Positions 18,549-29,156 of a stretch of 64,000 nucleotides of DNA are shown here, piece by piece. This DNA comes from a bacterium (GTDB lineage: Bacteria > UBA8248). The stretch covers positions 64,001 to 128,000 of the forward strand of contig CBDBZY010000012.1 in NCBI GenBank assembly GCA_965213685.1. The letters run 5' to 3'. The first letter of the stretch is position 1, and the number at the start of each line of letters is the position of its first letter. A program made the position numbers and the translations under genes. The notes beneath the pieces were generated by a model. That model saw only the letters and a list, made by a program, of their open reading frames with translations, was not told where the DNA came from and did no database searches.

Positions 18549-20228
18549 ATGCCCAAGATGACTGGCGCCCAGGTCATGGCCGAGATGCTCAAGGGCTATG
18601 GCGTGACCCACACCTTTCTGGTTCCCGCCGTTCTCCGGCGCTCGATGGCCGAGATGGAGGAGCGCACGAACATCGCCCGCATCCAGACGCACGGCGAGAA
18701 ATCCGCCGCCTACATGGCGGACGGCTACGCGCGCGCGGGCAAGAAGCCGGGCGTCTGCATGGCGCAGGTCATCGGCGCGCTGAACCTGGCGGCGGGCTTG
18801 CGGGACGCCTATCTGGCGAAATCGCCCGTCCTCGCCTTCACGGGCGGCCGCGTGCCCCGGACGAAGTTCCGGAAGGTCTATCAGGAGGTGGACGACGTTC
18901 CCGCCTTCGAGCCGGTGACGAAGTTCAACGCCACGGTGGACGACGTCTCGCGCTTCCCGGACATGCTGCGCCAGGCCTTCCGCGCGGCGACCTCGGGCTG
19001 TCCGGGGCCCGTGCACCTGCAATTTGCCGGAAACGAGGGACAGCTCGACGTCGAGGAAGCCGAGATGGAGGTGATCATCGAGGAGGATTTCAAGGAGCTG
19101 CCCCCCTATCGGCCAGAGCCCGAGATGGCGCGCGTCCAGGCGGCGGTCGGGCTGCTGGAGAAGGCGCGGCGCCCCGTCATCGTCGCGGGCGGCGGCGTCC
19201 GCTCGTCAGGCGCCTCCAGGGAGCTCGTCGCCCTCGCGGAGAAGATGGGCATACCGGTGGCCACGTCGCTCAACGGCAAGGACAACATTCCGGGGAATCA
19301 TCCGCTCTCCGTGGGCGTGGCGGGCACCTACTCGAGAAAAAGCGCAAACCGGGTCGTGAACGCAGCGGACCTGGTTTTTTTCGTCGGCACCGAGACGGGG
19401 GGCATGACGACGCACTTTTGGGCCGTGCCGCCCATCGGCACGCCCGCCATCCAGCTGGACATCGAGCCCGAGGCGCTGGCGCGGAACTATCCCTTGCAGG
19501 CGGCGATTCTGGGCGACGCCAAGGTGAGCCTGCAAAAGATGGCGGACGCCGCGAGCGGGGAGTCCGCCGCGTCGCGGGCCGGCTGGGTGGAGAGGGCGCA
19601 AGGATTCGTCCGGGGATGGCGCGAGGAGTTTCGCGAATATCTCGCGTCCGACGCCGCGCCCATGCGCCCCGAGCGCATCTGCGAGGAGCTGACGGACTCC
19701 CTGCCGTCTGACTGCATCGTGCTGGCCGATACGGGCCACTCGGGCATGTGGATGGGCGGCATGTATGATCTCTCGCATCCGGATCAGAGCTACATGCGAA
19801 GTGCCGGGCACCTGGGCTGGGCCTTCTCGGCGGGCCTCGGTGCCAAATGCGCTGTGCCCGACAGGCCGGTTCTCGCGTTCAACGGCGATTCGGGCTTCTG
19901 GTATCACCTCTCCGAGATCGAGACCGCCGTGCGCTGGAAGATCAACGCGGTGACCCTGGTGAACAACAACGCCTCGGGGAATCAGTCCAAGCGCGGCTTC
20001 GATCGCGCCTATGGGGGGGAGCAGACCAGGCAGGCGTATGAGCTGTGGACCCTCAACGAGGTGAATTTCGCCGAAATCGCCGAAACGATGGGCGCACTCG
20101 GCATTCGGGTGGAAAAGCCCGGGGAGCTGAAGGGCGCGCTCGACCGGGCGTTCAGCGCGAACAGGCCCGTCGTGATCGACTGCGTGAGCGACATCGAGGC
20201 CATGGCGCCCCTGGCGGTGACGGAGTGA
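18549..20228 (+). CDS. Thiamine-pyrophosphate-binding protein (acetolactate synthase large-subunit-like)
   Basis: HGEKSAAYMADGYAR, PGPVHL, TPP motif variant GDSG..NNN. Confidence 0.85.
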   Translation: MPKMTGAQVMAEMLKGYGVTHTFLVPAVLRRSMAEMEERTNIARIQTHGEKSAAYMADGYARAGKKPGVCMAQVIGALNLAAGLRDAYLAKSPVLAFTGGRVPRTKFRKVYQEVDDVPAFEPVTKFNATVDDVSRFPDMLRQAFRAATSGCPGPVHLQFAGNEGQLDVEEAEMEVIIEEDFKELPPYRPEPEMARVQAAVGLLEKARRPVIVAGGGVRSSGASRELVALAEKMGIPVATSLNGKDNIPGNHPLSVGVAGTYSRKSANRVVNAADLVFFVGTETGGMTTHFWAVPPIGTPAIQLDIEPEALARNYPLQAAILGDAKVSLQKMADAASGESAASRAGWVERAQGFVRGWREEFREYLASDAAPMRPERICEELTDSLPSDCIVLADTGHSGMWMGGMYDLSHPDQSYMRSAGHLGWAFSAGLGAKCAVPDRPVLAFNGDSGFWYHLSEIETAVRWKINAVTLVNNNASGNQSKRGFDRAYGGEQTRQAYELWTLNEVNFAEIAETMGALGIRVEKPGELKGALDRAFSANRPVVIDCVSDIEAMAPLAVTE

Positions 20229-20375
20229 GGCGGGCGCTTCGCACCGGAGTCGACGGCGCGGCGCAGGCCGACGGATTGCCGGGGAAGCTGCGGACCTGGC
20301 CGCTTCTTGCGCAGGAGAAGGTCTGAGACGCCCGATGAATGCGCTGCGTGCGGATGCGCCCTTTCTGCGTGTTTC

Positions 20376-21230
20376 TTATGCAGGGGCGCCTGCGGAGGCC
20401 ATCGTCTTTTTCAGAAACTCCCGCGTCACGCGGATGAACTCGCCGGGAGCGTCCATATAGACGTGGTGGTGCGCGCCCCGAATCACGGCGACCTCGACGC
20501 GGGGCGCCTCCCGCCGCACCCAATCGAGAGAGTCCGCTCCCAGCCGGTCGGACAATTCGCCCGCCACCAGCAGGGCGGGCACGTTCACCTTCCGCCAGCC
20601 GGGGCGCTGGTCGGTCTCGGGACGGGCCGCGTGAAAGCGCCTGTCCGCCTTCACCGTCCACGCCCCGTCGCCGTCCGGCCGCACGGCATGGCGCGCGATG
20701 TGGGCGAGGGTCTGCGGGTCCACCCTGTCCGATGAGGGCAGGAGCCGGAATTTCTCCACGAAAAGCGATTGCGACGCCCAGGGCCTGGCGGGCCTTTTGC
20801 CGAACGCGCGCACCTCGGCGAGGATTCGGTCCGTCGTCCTCAGCGGAGAGTCCACGATGATGAGTCCCGCGACCTCGGGAGGCTCCAGGTCGAAGAGGTT
20901 GAGGGCGATGACGCCTCCCATCGAGTGGGCCATCACATAGGGTTTTCTCCCGCTCGCCTCCCTGGCCCATCGCACCCAACCGGCGACGTCGCGCAGCAGG
21001 TCCTCGAAGCGGTATGCGTCCAGCCATTCGTTGTCTCCGTGGCCTCGGTGATCCGGCGCCACCGGCCGGAGCATGTCCTTGTAGTGCGGGGCAATGTGGT
21101 CCCACCAGCGCGCGTGGGCGGCTGCGCCATGCAGCATCAGGAGGACGGGCGTTGCCCCCGCACCCCCGTGGTCCAGGGCGTGAAGCCGCACCCCGCCCCT
21201 TTCGATGAATACGCTCCTCGGTTCACCCAT
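20376..21230 (-). CDS. Alpha/beta hydrolase
   Basis: LHGAAAHARWW, DHRGHGD, AHSMGG nucleophile elbow, GAHHHV. Confidence 0.85.
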   Translation of the reverse strand: MGEPRSVFIERGGVRLHALDHGGAGATPVLLMLHGAAAHARWWDHIAPHYKDMLRPVAPDHRGHGDNEWLDAYRFEDLLRDVAGWVRWAREASGRKPYVMAHSMGGVIALNLFDLEPPEVAGLIIVDSPLRTTDRILAEVRAFGKRPARPWASQSLFVEKFRLLPSSDRVDPQTLAHIARHAVRPDGDGAWTVKADRRFHAARPETDQRPGWRKVNVPALLVAGELSDRLGADSLDWVRREAPRVEVAVIRGAHHHVYMDAPGEFIRVTREFLKKTMASAGAPA

Positions 21231-21372
21231 TTGCTCTCGCTCCGCGCGACGATTCAGAATTTCGGGGGGAGAATCCATGATCGGGGCGGGAATGGCAAGC
21301 CTGCCGAGCCTTCCCAAGGGAGGGGCGTTCCCCCATGGCCGGAGCCGCCCCCGGTGCGCCAGCCCGGCCGCC

Positions 21373-22455
21373 TCAGCGCGTCAGGAGGCGGACCGCCTCG
21401 GCGCCCAGGCCAACGACGACCTCCTCGCCGACGGCGAAAGCGCGGCGGCCCGGGTGGTGGGTGTCGTCGACCAGCAGCATGGCGTCGCCGACCTCTACGG
21501 CGTAGCGGAGGAGGTGGCCGAGGAACTCACGGTGTCGCACCCGACCGGCGAAGGCGATGCCCTCCGCCGTCTCGGCCGGTGCGGCGATGGTCACGTCCTG
21601 CGGTCGGAACATGGCGGTTTGGGCACCGCCCGGTGCGTGAGCACCGCCCGCCAGCGGCAAGACCATGCCGTTGGCCGCCACGAAGCGCGCTCCGTCGGCG
21701 GCTGCCTCGACCCGTCCGTCGATGAGATTTGCGGTGCCCAGGAAGTCGGCGACGAAGCGATTGACCGGCTTGTCATAGAGTTCGATGGGCAGCCCCACCT
21801 GCTGGAGGACGCCGGCGTCGAGCACCGCCATCCGATCCGAGATGGTGTTGGCCTCGTCCTGGTCGTGGGTGACGAAGATGGTGGTCAACCGGAGTTTCCG
21901 CTGCAGATCCAGAATCTCGCGGCGCATTTGCACGCGCAGGCTCGCGTCTAGGTTGGAGAGCGGCTCGTCGAGTAAAAGCACCCGGGGCTCGACGACGATG
22001 GTGCGCGCCAGCGCGACCCGTTGCTGCTGCCCGCCGGAGAGTTGCGACGGACGTCGGTCCCCCAGCTCCAGAAGCCCGACCATATCCAGTGCGGCGTCGA
22101 CCCGCTTCGGAATCTCGGCTGCCGGCATCTTGCGCTCCTCGAGGCCGAAAGCGACGTTCCTGCGCACCGTCATGTGCGGCCACAGCGCATAGGATTGAAA
22201 GACCATGCCGACGTTGCGCCGCCACGGCGGCAGGCGGGTCACGTCGTCGCCGGCGATCAAAATACGCCCGCGGGGAGCCGGGCCGAAGCCGGCGATGGCG
22301 CGCAACAAGGTCGATTTGCCGGACCCGGACGGCCCCAGGAAGGTGAACAACTCGCCTGGCTCGATGCGCAGGTCGACGTCCCGGAGCACATCGGTCGTAT
22401 CGTAGGCGAGGCTCAACCGCTCGATGACGACGCTGGCGGCGGTTTCCGACGTCAT
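21373..22455 (-). CDS. ABC transporter ATP-binding subunit (FbpC/PotA-like, TOBE domain)
   Basis: GPSGSGKS, LSGGQQQR, LLDEPLSNLD, VTHDQ. Confidence 0.92.
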   Translation of the reverse strand: MTSETAASVVIERLSLAYDTTDVLRDVDLRIEPGELFTFLGPSGSGKSTLLRAIAGFGPAPRGRILIAGDDVTRLPPWRRNVGMVFQSYALWPHMTVRRNVAFGLEERKMPAAEIPKRVDAALDMVGLLELGDRRPSQLSGGQQQRVALARTIVVEPRVLLLDEPLSNLDASLRVQMRREILDLQRKLRLTTIFVTHDQDEANTISDRMAVLDAGVLQQVGLPIELYDKPVNRFVADFLGTANLIDGRVEAAADGARFVAANGMVLPLAGGAHAPGGAQTAMFRPQDVTIAAPAETAEGIAFAGRVRHREFLGHLLRYAVEVGDAMLLVDDTHHPGRRAFAVGEEVVVGLGAEAVRLLTR

Positions 22456-22457
22456 GG

Positions 22458-24173
22458 TCAAACTCCCGCGACGGCAGCCATATCGGGCGTTCGCTGGATG
22501 TCTTTGCGTTGGATGATGCGATGCGAGGCGTAGGTGGCGACTCCGACGATGACCACGGCGATGACGCCGAGAGCCGCGCCGGGACCACGGCCCGCCGCCG
22601 ATTGCATGAACTCGTAGATGCCGAAGGCGAGCGGAGCGTCGGATTCCTGCGACACCAGCATGATGGTCGTCGACAACTCGACCGCCGCGGTGGCGAAGCT
22701 GGTGACGAAGCCGGCGACGATGCCGCCGGACATCAGCGGCACGACGATGCGATAAATGGTGCGGCCCTTGGTCGCCCCCAGGTTCTCGGCCGCCTCTTCG
22801 AGCATCACGCTGATCTGTTGCAGGGTCGCGACGCAGGCGCGCAGGGCGTAGGGCAGCCGCCGGATGGAGAGGGCGACGACGATGATCACCCACCAGGACG
22901 CCAGGGGCTTGTCGATGATCGGCACGTTAAACTCATAGAAGGTGCGCAGGTAGCCGATGCCCAGAACCACGCCGGGAACCGCCACCGCCCCCATGGCGGC
23001 GTAGTCGAGCCATTGGCGGCCGACGAGCCGGGTGCGCCAGACGACGTAGGCGATCGCCGTGCCGAAGACGACGTCAACGGCGGCGGCGAGGCCCGCGTAG
23101 ATGAGCGTGTTGGTGATGAACTCGGAGGAAGTCGAGAGCACCCGCAGATAGTGCGCGAGGGTGTAGGCGTCGGGCAACACGCTGAACGACCAGACCGTGC
23201 CGAAGGACAGGATGAGGAGGCCAAAGTGCGGCGACAGCACCACCAGCAGGATGAAGATGACGACGCCGTTGCAGGCGACCTTCTCCCAGGGCCGCAGGTC
23301 GCGTTTCATCAGCCCTCCCCCGCCCTTCTGCACAGTGGCGTAATCCTTGCCCCGCAGCACCAGAAACGAGGTCCACAGCGACAGGAGAGAGAATACGACC
23401 AGGATTACCGAGATCACGTAGCCCATCGGGTCCGAGATGCCGATGGAGGAGATGCGCAGGTAGGCCTGCGGTGCCAGCATGTTGTTGATGTTAAGCAACA
23501 GGGGCGTGCCGATGTCGTCGAACACTTTCAGGAATACCAGGGATGCGCCGGCGACGTAGCCGGGCATGGCCAGCGGAAACACGATGCGGCGGAACAGGCG
23601 CGTGCCGCTGGCGCCCAGGTTCTGGGCCGACTCCTCCATCGCCCGGTCGATGTTGTGGAGCGAGGCCGAGAGATTGATGAGGATGAACGGGAAGTAGTGG
23701 ATGCTTTCGACCAGGATGACGCCGTTGAGCCCTTCCATGAACGGGATGGTGAAGCCGAACCACTCGTCCAACAGCAGGTTGAGCGATCCGTTCTCGCCGA
23801 GTAGCAGGAGCATCGCCACGGCGCCGACGAAGGGCGGCATGATCAGCGGGAGAACGCCGAGGGTCTGAATCAGGAGGGTGCCGCCGAAGTGGAAGCGGGT
23901 CGTGAAATAGGCGAGCGGTATGGCGAAGCACGACGCCACCACCACCGACATGCAGGCGACATAGAGCGAATTGATGAAGGATTCCTGAAACAGGCTGGTG
24001 CGGAAGAAGTCGAAAAAGTTGATCAGCGTCAGCGCGCCCGTGTTGGGATCCTGGAACGCGACGTAGATCACCTTGATGACCGGCACGACCAGGAAAGCGA
24101 ACAAAAAGAGGCCGACGAGCATAGCCACCGCCGCCGGCCCCCACTGGCCGCGCGCCATCGCGTCCAGAGACAT
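22458..24173 (-). CDS. ABC transporter fused double permease (FbpB-like)
   Basis: Two EAA motifs (MEESAQNLGA, LEEAAENLGA) and many TM segments. Confidence 0.9.
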   Translation of the reverse strand: MSLDAMARGQWGPAAVAMLVGLFLFAFLVVPVIKVIYVAFQDPNTGALTLINFFDFFRTSLFQESFINSLYVACMSVVVASCFAIPLAYFTTRFHFGGTLLIQTLGVLPLIMPPFVGAVAMLLLLGENGSLNLLLDEWFGFTIPFMEGLNGVILVESIHYFPFILINLSASLHNIDRAMEESAQNLGASGTRLFRRIVFPLAMPGYVAGASLVFLKVFDDIGTPLLLNINNMLAPQAYLRISSIGISDPMGYVISVILVVFSLLSLWTSFLVLRGKDYATVQKGGGGLMKRDLRPWEKVACNGVVIFILLVVLSPHFGLLILSFGTVWSFSVLPDAYTLAHYLRVLSTSSEFITNTLIYAGLAAAVDVVFGTAIAYVVWRTRLVGRQWLDYAAMGAVAVPGVVLGIGYLRTFYEFNVPIIDKPLASWWVIIVVALSIRRLPYALRACVATLQQISVMLEEAAENLGATKGRTIYRIVVPLMSGGIVAGFVTSFATAAVELSTTIMLVSQESDAPLAFGIYEFMQSAAGRGPGAALGVIAVVIVGVATYASHRIIQRKDIQRTPDMAAVAGV

Positions 24174-24212
24174 TCTTCCCCTCTTTCTCTCTCCCCGCGC
24201 CCGCAACGCGGG

Positions 24213-25565
24213 TTAGAGCATGGACGCCGCCCTCTCGGCCAGCGCCTTGGCCTTGGCGTAGTTGGCCTTGACCTGGGTGTCCCAGCCCTGCTCGACCTCG
24301 GCCTGGCGGCCGGTCACCTTGGTGGTCGCCTTCTTGCGCTTCTTCCTGAATATCCGGTTGAAGTCTTTCTGGCTCGCCCGGGCGGCGTCAATGGGCACTT
24401 TGGCGACCAGCGCCTTGGCCTGGGCGAGCAGTTTCCGCGCCTCGGCGTGGGGCTTCTTGCCGTCCATCTTCGCCTCGGCGTCCTGGATCGCCTTGGTCGC
24501 CGCGCGCAGATCCCTGAGGCGGTAAGTGACCATCACGTCGAACAGGGAGTTGATCACGTTGTAACGGCTCTTCGAGAGTTGGAGGTCAAACTTGACCGCG
24601 GCGCCGATGGATTTGTCCTTGAACGGGTTGGGAAAGTCGGCGGGCGCTTTGGCGTAGCTCGCCGGATTGACGGGCAGGCGCCGGATCTTCGGGTCGAGCA
24701 GTACCTCCTGGCCTTCGGGCGACAGGAGGAATTCGATGAAGGCCGCTGCCGCCTTCGGATGCGGCGCGTTGCTCACGATGGCGATGTTCGCCGGCACCAG
24801 GGTCGTCACCGGCGGGTAGATGAACTTGACCGGGAACCCCGAAGCCTCCGACGACAGGCCGAAAAAATCAATCACGATGCCCAGGCCGAACTGTCCCGAG
24901 TTGACGCCGTCGGGCACGCCGAAGCTGCGCTCGGTGACGGTCTTGAAGTTGCCCGCGATGGCTTTCCACATCGCCCAGCCCTCGGCCCATCCTTTTCCCT
25001 GCAACAGGGTCTCAACGGTCAGATGGGTGGTGCCGGAGCGCGACGGCGCGCTCATGCCGACGTGGCCGTGATAGACGGGTTTGGCCAGGTCGGCCCAGGT
25101 CGTGGGCACCGGCAACTTCTTGGCCTTGAGGTAGCGGGTGTTCCACATGATGCCGTAGCCGGACGCCGCGAACCCCTTGTAGTAACCCTCCGGGTCGTTG
25201 ATCGGGAAAGCGCCCACCTTCTGGGGGATGCCGGCGACCTTGACCTCGTATTTCTGCAGAAGGCCGTCGCCCTTCAGCACCTCGAAAGCGTCGGGGGCGG
25301 AAGCCCAGAACATGTCCGACTTGTTGTTGCCAGCCGTCTCCTGCAGATACTTGATGCCGGCCGTGGTCTTCTTCTTCAGCATCTCGACCTTGACGCCGGG
25401 ATGCTTCTTCTCGAAAGCCGCCTTGACCGTGGTCGTGGTATCCGGCGGGTAGGACGTGACGATGACGAGTTTGTTCTCCAGTGCGCTCGCACCGAACGGC
25501 ACCGCCAGGAAGGACAAGGCAAGGCCGACGGCAACGGTGCGGAAAGTCGTTCTCATAATAGCCAT
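24213..25565 (-). CDS. ABC substrate-binding protein (Fe3+/PgtC-like family)
   Basis: Signal peptide ..GASA; LVIVTSYP, DMFWASAPDAF, SAPSRSGTTH, ERSFGVPDGV. Confidence 0.8.
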   Translation of the reverse strand: MAIMRTTFRTVAVGLALSFLAVPFGASALENKLVIVTSYPPDTTTTVKAAFEKKHPGVKVEMLKKKTTAGIKYLQETAGNNKSDMFWASAPDAFEVLKGDGLLQKYEVKVAGIPQKVGAFPINDPEGYYKGFAASGYGIMWNTRYLKAKKLPVPTTWADLAKPVYHGHVGMSAPSRSGTTHLTVETLLQGKGWAEGWAMWKAIAGNFKTVTERSFGVPDGVNSGQFGLGIVIDFFGLSSEASGFPVKFIYPPVTTLVPANIAIVSNAPHPKAAAAFIEFLLSPEGQEVLLDPKIRRLPVNPASYAKAPADFPNPFKDKSIGAAVKFDLQLSKSRYNVINSLFDVMVTYRLRDLRAATKAIQDAEAKMDGKKPHAEARKLLAQAKALVAKVPIDAARASQKDFNRIFRKKRKKATTKVTGRQAEVEQGWDTQVKANYAKAKALAERAASML

Positions 25566-25659
25566 TGTCTCTGTTCTCCTCCTCGTTTTCTTGTCTGGCG
25601 GGTTCGTCGTCATGACGTGCCGGTTGCGCCCGGCGGGTCGAACGTTCCAGTCAACCGTC

Positions 25660-25688
25660 AATATGATGAAGAACGTCCAGGCTGTCAA
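25660..25688 (-). promoter_or_regulatory. Sigma70 promoter of the ABC operon
   Basis: TTGACA-17nt-CATATT on the minus strand. Confidence 0.6.
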
Positions 25689-25785
25689 ATGCGCGGCGTC
25701 CCCGGAAAGTCGGGCGAGCGGTCGAGGCGTAGGCGCGCGACCGGGGAGGGATGCGCGATGGGCGGGCGGGCGCCTTCAGCGCCCG

Positions 25786-26145
25786 TCAGCCGTCCCCGTC
25801 CTCGGGTGCGGCCCCGCGCTTCTCGAGATATTCCCCGTACTCGTCGTGCGTGGTCTCGGGACAAAGGTCGGGGCCGCGCTTGTAGGCGGCCCGGGAGATG
25901 AGGTGCGCGGCGACGGGGGCGGTCAGGAACAGGAAGCAGACGGCGAGTACGGCCTGCGTCGTGACGGTGGGGCTCTGAAAGACGAGGCTGGTGCCGAGGA
26001 GGATGCCGCCCATGCCGAAGGTGGTGGCCTTGGTGGCGGCGTGCATCCGGCAGTAGACGTCCGGCAGGCGCAGAAGCCCGATGCTCGCGACCAGCATGAA
26101 GAACGCGCCGATCAGCAGCAGGGCGGCGGCGAGGGCGTCACTCAA
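25786..26145 (-). CDS. mrpG: Mrp Na+/H+ antiporter subunit G
   Basis: GLLRLPDVYCRMHAATK, FLTAPVAAH. Confidence 0.92.
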   Translation of the reverse strand: MSDALAAALLLIGAFFMLVASIGLLRLPDVYCRMHAATKATTFGMGGILLGTSLVFQSPTVTTQAVLAVCFLFLTAPVAAHLISRAAYKRGPDLCPETTHDEYGEYLEKRGAAPEDGDG

Positions 26146-26407
26146 TGATTCTCCCCCTCTCGAGAAACTTCGCGTAGACCGTGGCGCCCACGAAGCTCAG
26201 GATCGCCAGGGCGAGCACGGCGATGATGAAGAGCTTGTTGCCCGTCTGGATCGCGTAGAGGGCGATGACGCCCAGCACGTTCGTGGCGATGGCGTCGGCC
26301 GCCACGACACGGTCGGACGTCGTGGGTCCCTTGACGAGGCGGGCGAACGCCAGGATGAGGGAGAGGCCCAACATGATCAGGCTGGCCTGGACGGCCCACG
26401 AAATCAT
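26138..26407 (-). CDS. mrpF: Mrp antiporter subunit F
   Basis: RLVKGPTTSDRVVAAD, AKFLERG. Confidence 0.92.
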   Translation of the reverse strand: MISWAVQASLIMLGLSLILAFARLVKGPTTSDRVVAADAIATNVLGVIALYAIQTGNKLFIIAVLALAILSFVGATVYAKFLERGRIIE

Positions 26408-26877
26408 TCCACGGCCCCCACGATGGGCTGCTCCAGTCCCTTGCGGATGCTGGCGATCACCTCGTCGGGGTGGTCGATGTCCAGCGTATGGACGAAAATC
26501 GTCTCATGATCCTCCGACACGTCCACGCTCAGCGTCCCGGGCGTGAGGGTGATGGAGTTGGCCAGCATCGTCACCCCCAGGGGCGTCTTGCAGGCCGTCT
26601 TGTAGGGGATGATGCCCGGGCGAATCGCTATCCTGGGCGCCAGCACGATTTTCAGCACCTGGAGATTGGCGACGAGCAGCTCCCAGGTAAAGCTTCTCAG
26701 ATACCGGAAATAGCTGCCGATGCGGAAAAACGTTCTGTCCTGGTAGTAGGATTTCTTCAGGAAACGGATGATGAGGATGGCCATGACGAGGCCGACGAAG
26801 AAATGCCCGGGCGTGGCGCTGCCGTGCAGGAGTATCCATATGGCGGCGATGGTGAATGCGAGCGTGGCGAGCGGCAT
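26404..26877 (-). CDS. mrpE: Mrp antiporter subunit E
   Basis: ELLVANLQV, LANSITLTPGTLSVD, FVHTLD. Confidence 0.92.
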   Translation of the reverse strand: MPLATLAFTIAAIWILLHGSATPGHFFVGLVMAILIIRFLKKSYYQDRTFFRIGSYFRYLRSFTWELLVANLQVLKIVLAPRIAIRPGIIPYKTACKTPLGVTMLANSITLTPGTLSVDVSEDHETIFVHTLDIDHPDEVIASIRKGLEQPIVGAVE

Positions 26878-26892
26878 ACTGCGGGCCTCCCC

Positions 26893-28369
26893 TTATCCGG
26901 TTCTCTGCATGGCGGCGATGTATAGCTCAGGCCTCGTGATCTGGGCGGCCACGAGCTGCGCCCACTCAAAGAGCCAGAAGGCGCCCAGGCCGAAGAGAAT
27001 CGCGAAAGCGGAGAGGAAGGCGACGGCCCCGTAGAGGCCCGCGCCCGCCGCGCCGACCTCGCCGCCGCCCGTTCCCCAGGCGTAGCGCTGATACGTCGTG
27101 AAGTTATAGTAGAGCGATATGACGCCGAATCCCAGGGCGACGCCCGTCGCGAGGGTCGCGCCCTGGGCGAATCCCGCCTGGAGCACGAAGAGCTTGGCGA
27201 AGAAGCCCGTGAATGGCGGAAAGCCCGCGAGGGACAGGAATCCCACCAGCATCAGGAGGCTGGCGAAGGGCGCCTTGCCCATCATCCCGCCCATCCGCTC
27301 GAGGTCCACCGTGCCGGTCAGCTTCTGGTTGAGGCCGGCTCCGAGCAGCATCGCGCTTTTGAGATATGCGTGGCCCACGATGTAGAAGACCGCCGCCGCG
27401 AGTCCCGCCTGCGAGAGGAGGGCGACGCCGAAGATGATGTAGCCGAGCTGGTTGATGGTGCTGTAGGCGAGAATGCGCTTCAGGCTGGTCTGGGGCAGGG
27501 TGCCGAGGGCGCCCATGGCGATGGTGCACAGCCCCATGAGGATGAGGCCTGGCTGGAGCTGCAGGAACGCGGCCGGGAAGATGAGCGTGGCGCAGCGGAT
27601 GATGGCGTAGATGCCCACCTTGACGAGGACGCCCGCGAGGATGGCGCTGATGGGGGTGGGCGATATCGAATGCGCCGAGGGGAGCCACAGGTGCATGGGG
27701 AAGATCGCCGCCTTGACGCTGAACACGAAGACGAAGACGAGGGCGGTCACCACGAGGAGGGGCGAGGGGCCGAGGAGCCGGATTTTCACGGCGAGGTCCG
27801 CCATGTTCACCGTGCCGGTCTGGGCGTAGAGAAAGGCGACGCCGAGCAGGAAAAAGGCGGACGCGATGAGGTTCAGGCAGGTGTATTTGAACGCCGTCTC
27901 GAGCTGGTCGAGGTTGTGGTAGAAGCCGAGCAGCGCGTAGGTGGCCATGAGCATGACCTCGAAGAAGACGAACAGGTTGAACAGGTCGCCCGTGATGAAG
28001 CAGCCTTGTATCCCCATCAGCAGGAAATGCAGCAGCGGATGGAACGCCTCTTTGCGCTGCTCCTCCGAGAGGTAGCTTCTGGCGAAGACGGCGCACGCGC
28101 CCACGATGGACGCCGAGAGGCACAGGAGCGTGGCGGTGAGCCTGTCGGCGGCCAGGACGATGGCGTAGGGGAAGGGCCAAAGTCCCATCCTGTGCGTGAA
28201 TATCGCGCCCCTCCGCCGTCGCGCTCAAAAGCGCGGCGGCCAGTACCAGGTTCACCAGCAGCGAGAGGATGCTCACCGATTCCTGGAGGCCGCGGCTTCT
28301 GCGCACCATGAAGAGCGCCGTGCCCGTGGCCAGCGGCCAGATGACGAACAGGGGGAAGATGGCGCTCAT
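26893..28369 (-). CDS. mrpD: Mrp antiporter subunit D, with one +1 frameshift at 28208-28211
   Basis: MSAIFPLFVIWPL.. joins ..GAIFTHRMGLWPFPYAIVLAADRL after removing one G. TGDLFNLFVFFEVM, VKAAIFPMHLWLP and VKVGIYA are present. Confidence 0.88.
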
Positions 28370-28716
28370 CCTCTCAGCCTCCGGATCTCGTCGATGTCGT
28401 CCGTCCGGAACTTGCGGTAGGCGAAAAACGCCAGGACGAGCAAGAACGCCGTCACCGCGAAGCTGATCACGATGGCGGTCAGCACCATGGCCTGGGGCAG
28501 GGGGTCCACGTAGGCGAGGGGATCGATCGGGCCTCCCTCCTTGGGAACGATGGGCGCCCTGCCGTCTCCCACCCAGCCGGAGGCGACTATCATGAGGTTC
28601 GTGGCGTGGCTGAGCACCGCCATGCCGAGCACCACCTGGATGATTTTGCGCTGCATGATGAGATAGGAGGCGACCGTGACCAGCACCCCTATCGTCATCG
28701 CCATGATCCAGAGCAC
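28366..28716 (-). CDS. mrpC: Mrp antiporter subunit C
   Basis: LSHATNL, DPLPQAMVLTAIVISFA. Confidence 0.92.
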   Translation of the reverse strand: MLWIMAMTIGVLVTVASYLIMQRKIIQVVLGMAVLSHATNLMIVASGWVGDGRAPIVPKEGGPIDPLAYVDPLPQAMVLTAIVISFAVTAFLLVLAFFAYRKFRTDDIDEIRRLRG

Positions 28717-28730
28717 TTTGGTTTCTTCCC

Positions 28731-29156
28731 CTATCGGTTTGTCGGACGCTGTCCGCACAGGTTCGTGAATATCGACATCGCCACGCCGACCACCACCCCG
28801 TACACCCCGACGTCGAACAGAAAAGCGGTGAACAGCTCGACGTCGCCGACGAACGGCAGCGCGAAGTGGTACACCGCGCTTTTCAGATACGCCCCCTTGA
28901 TGTAGCCCCATGCGCCCGTGATGGTGGAGAGAGCCAGCCCGAGGAGGAAGATGTTCTCATAGGGCCAGTTGAACCGCCGCCAGCCCTCCTCGGCGTCCAC
29001 CGCCACCCATTGGAGCACGATGCCCACCGACGTCATCAGTCCCGCGATGAAGCCGCCCCCCGGCTGGTTGTGGCCGTAGATGAGCAGAAAAAAGGAGAAC
29101 AGCAGCGTGAGGTGCAGGACGACGGGGGCGGTCGTTTGCAGAATCAGTGATCCCAT
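28731..29156 (-). CDS. mrpB: Mrp antiporter subunit B
   Basis: GHNQPGGGFIAGL, FDVGVY. Confidence 0.92.
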   Translation of the reverse strand: MGSLILQTTAPVVLHLTLLFSFFLLIYGHNQPGGGFIAGLMTSVGIVLQWVAVDAEEGWRRFNWPYENIFLLGLALSTITGAWGYIKGAYLKSAVYHFALPFVGDVELFTAFLFDVGVYGVVVGVAMSIFTNLCGQRPTNR

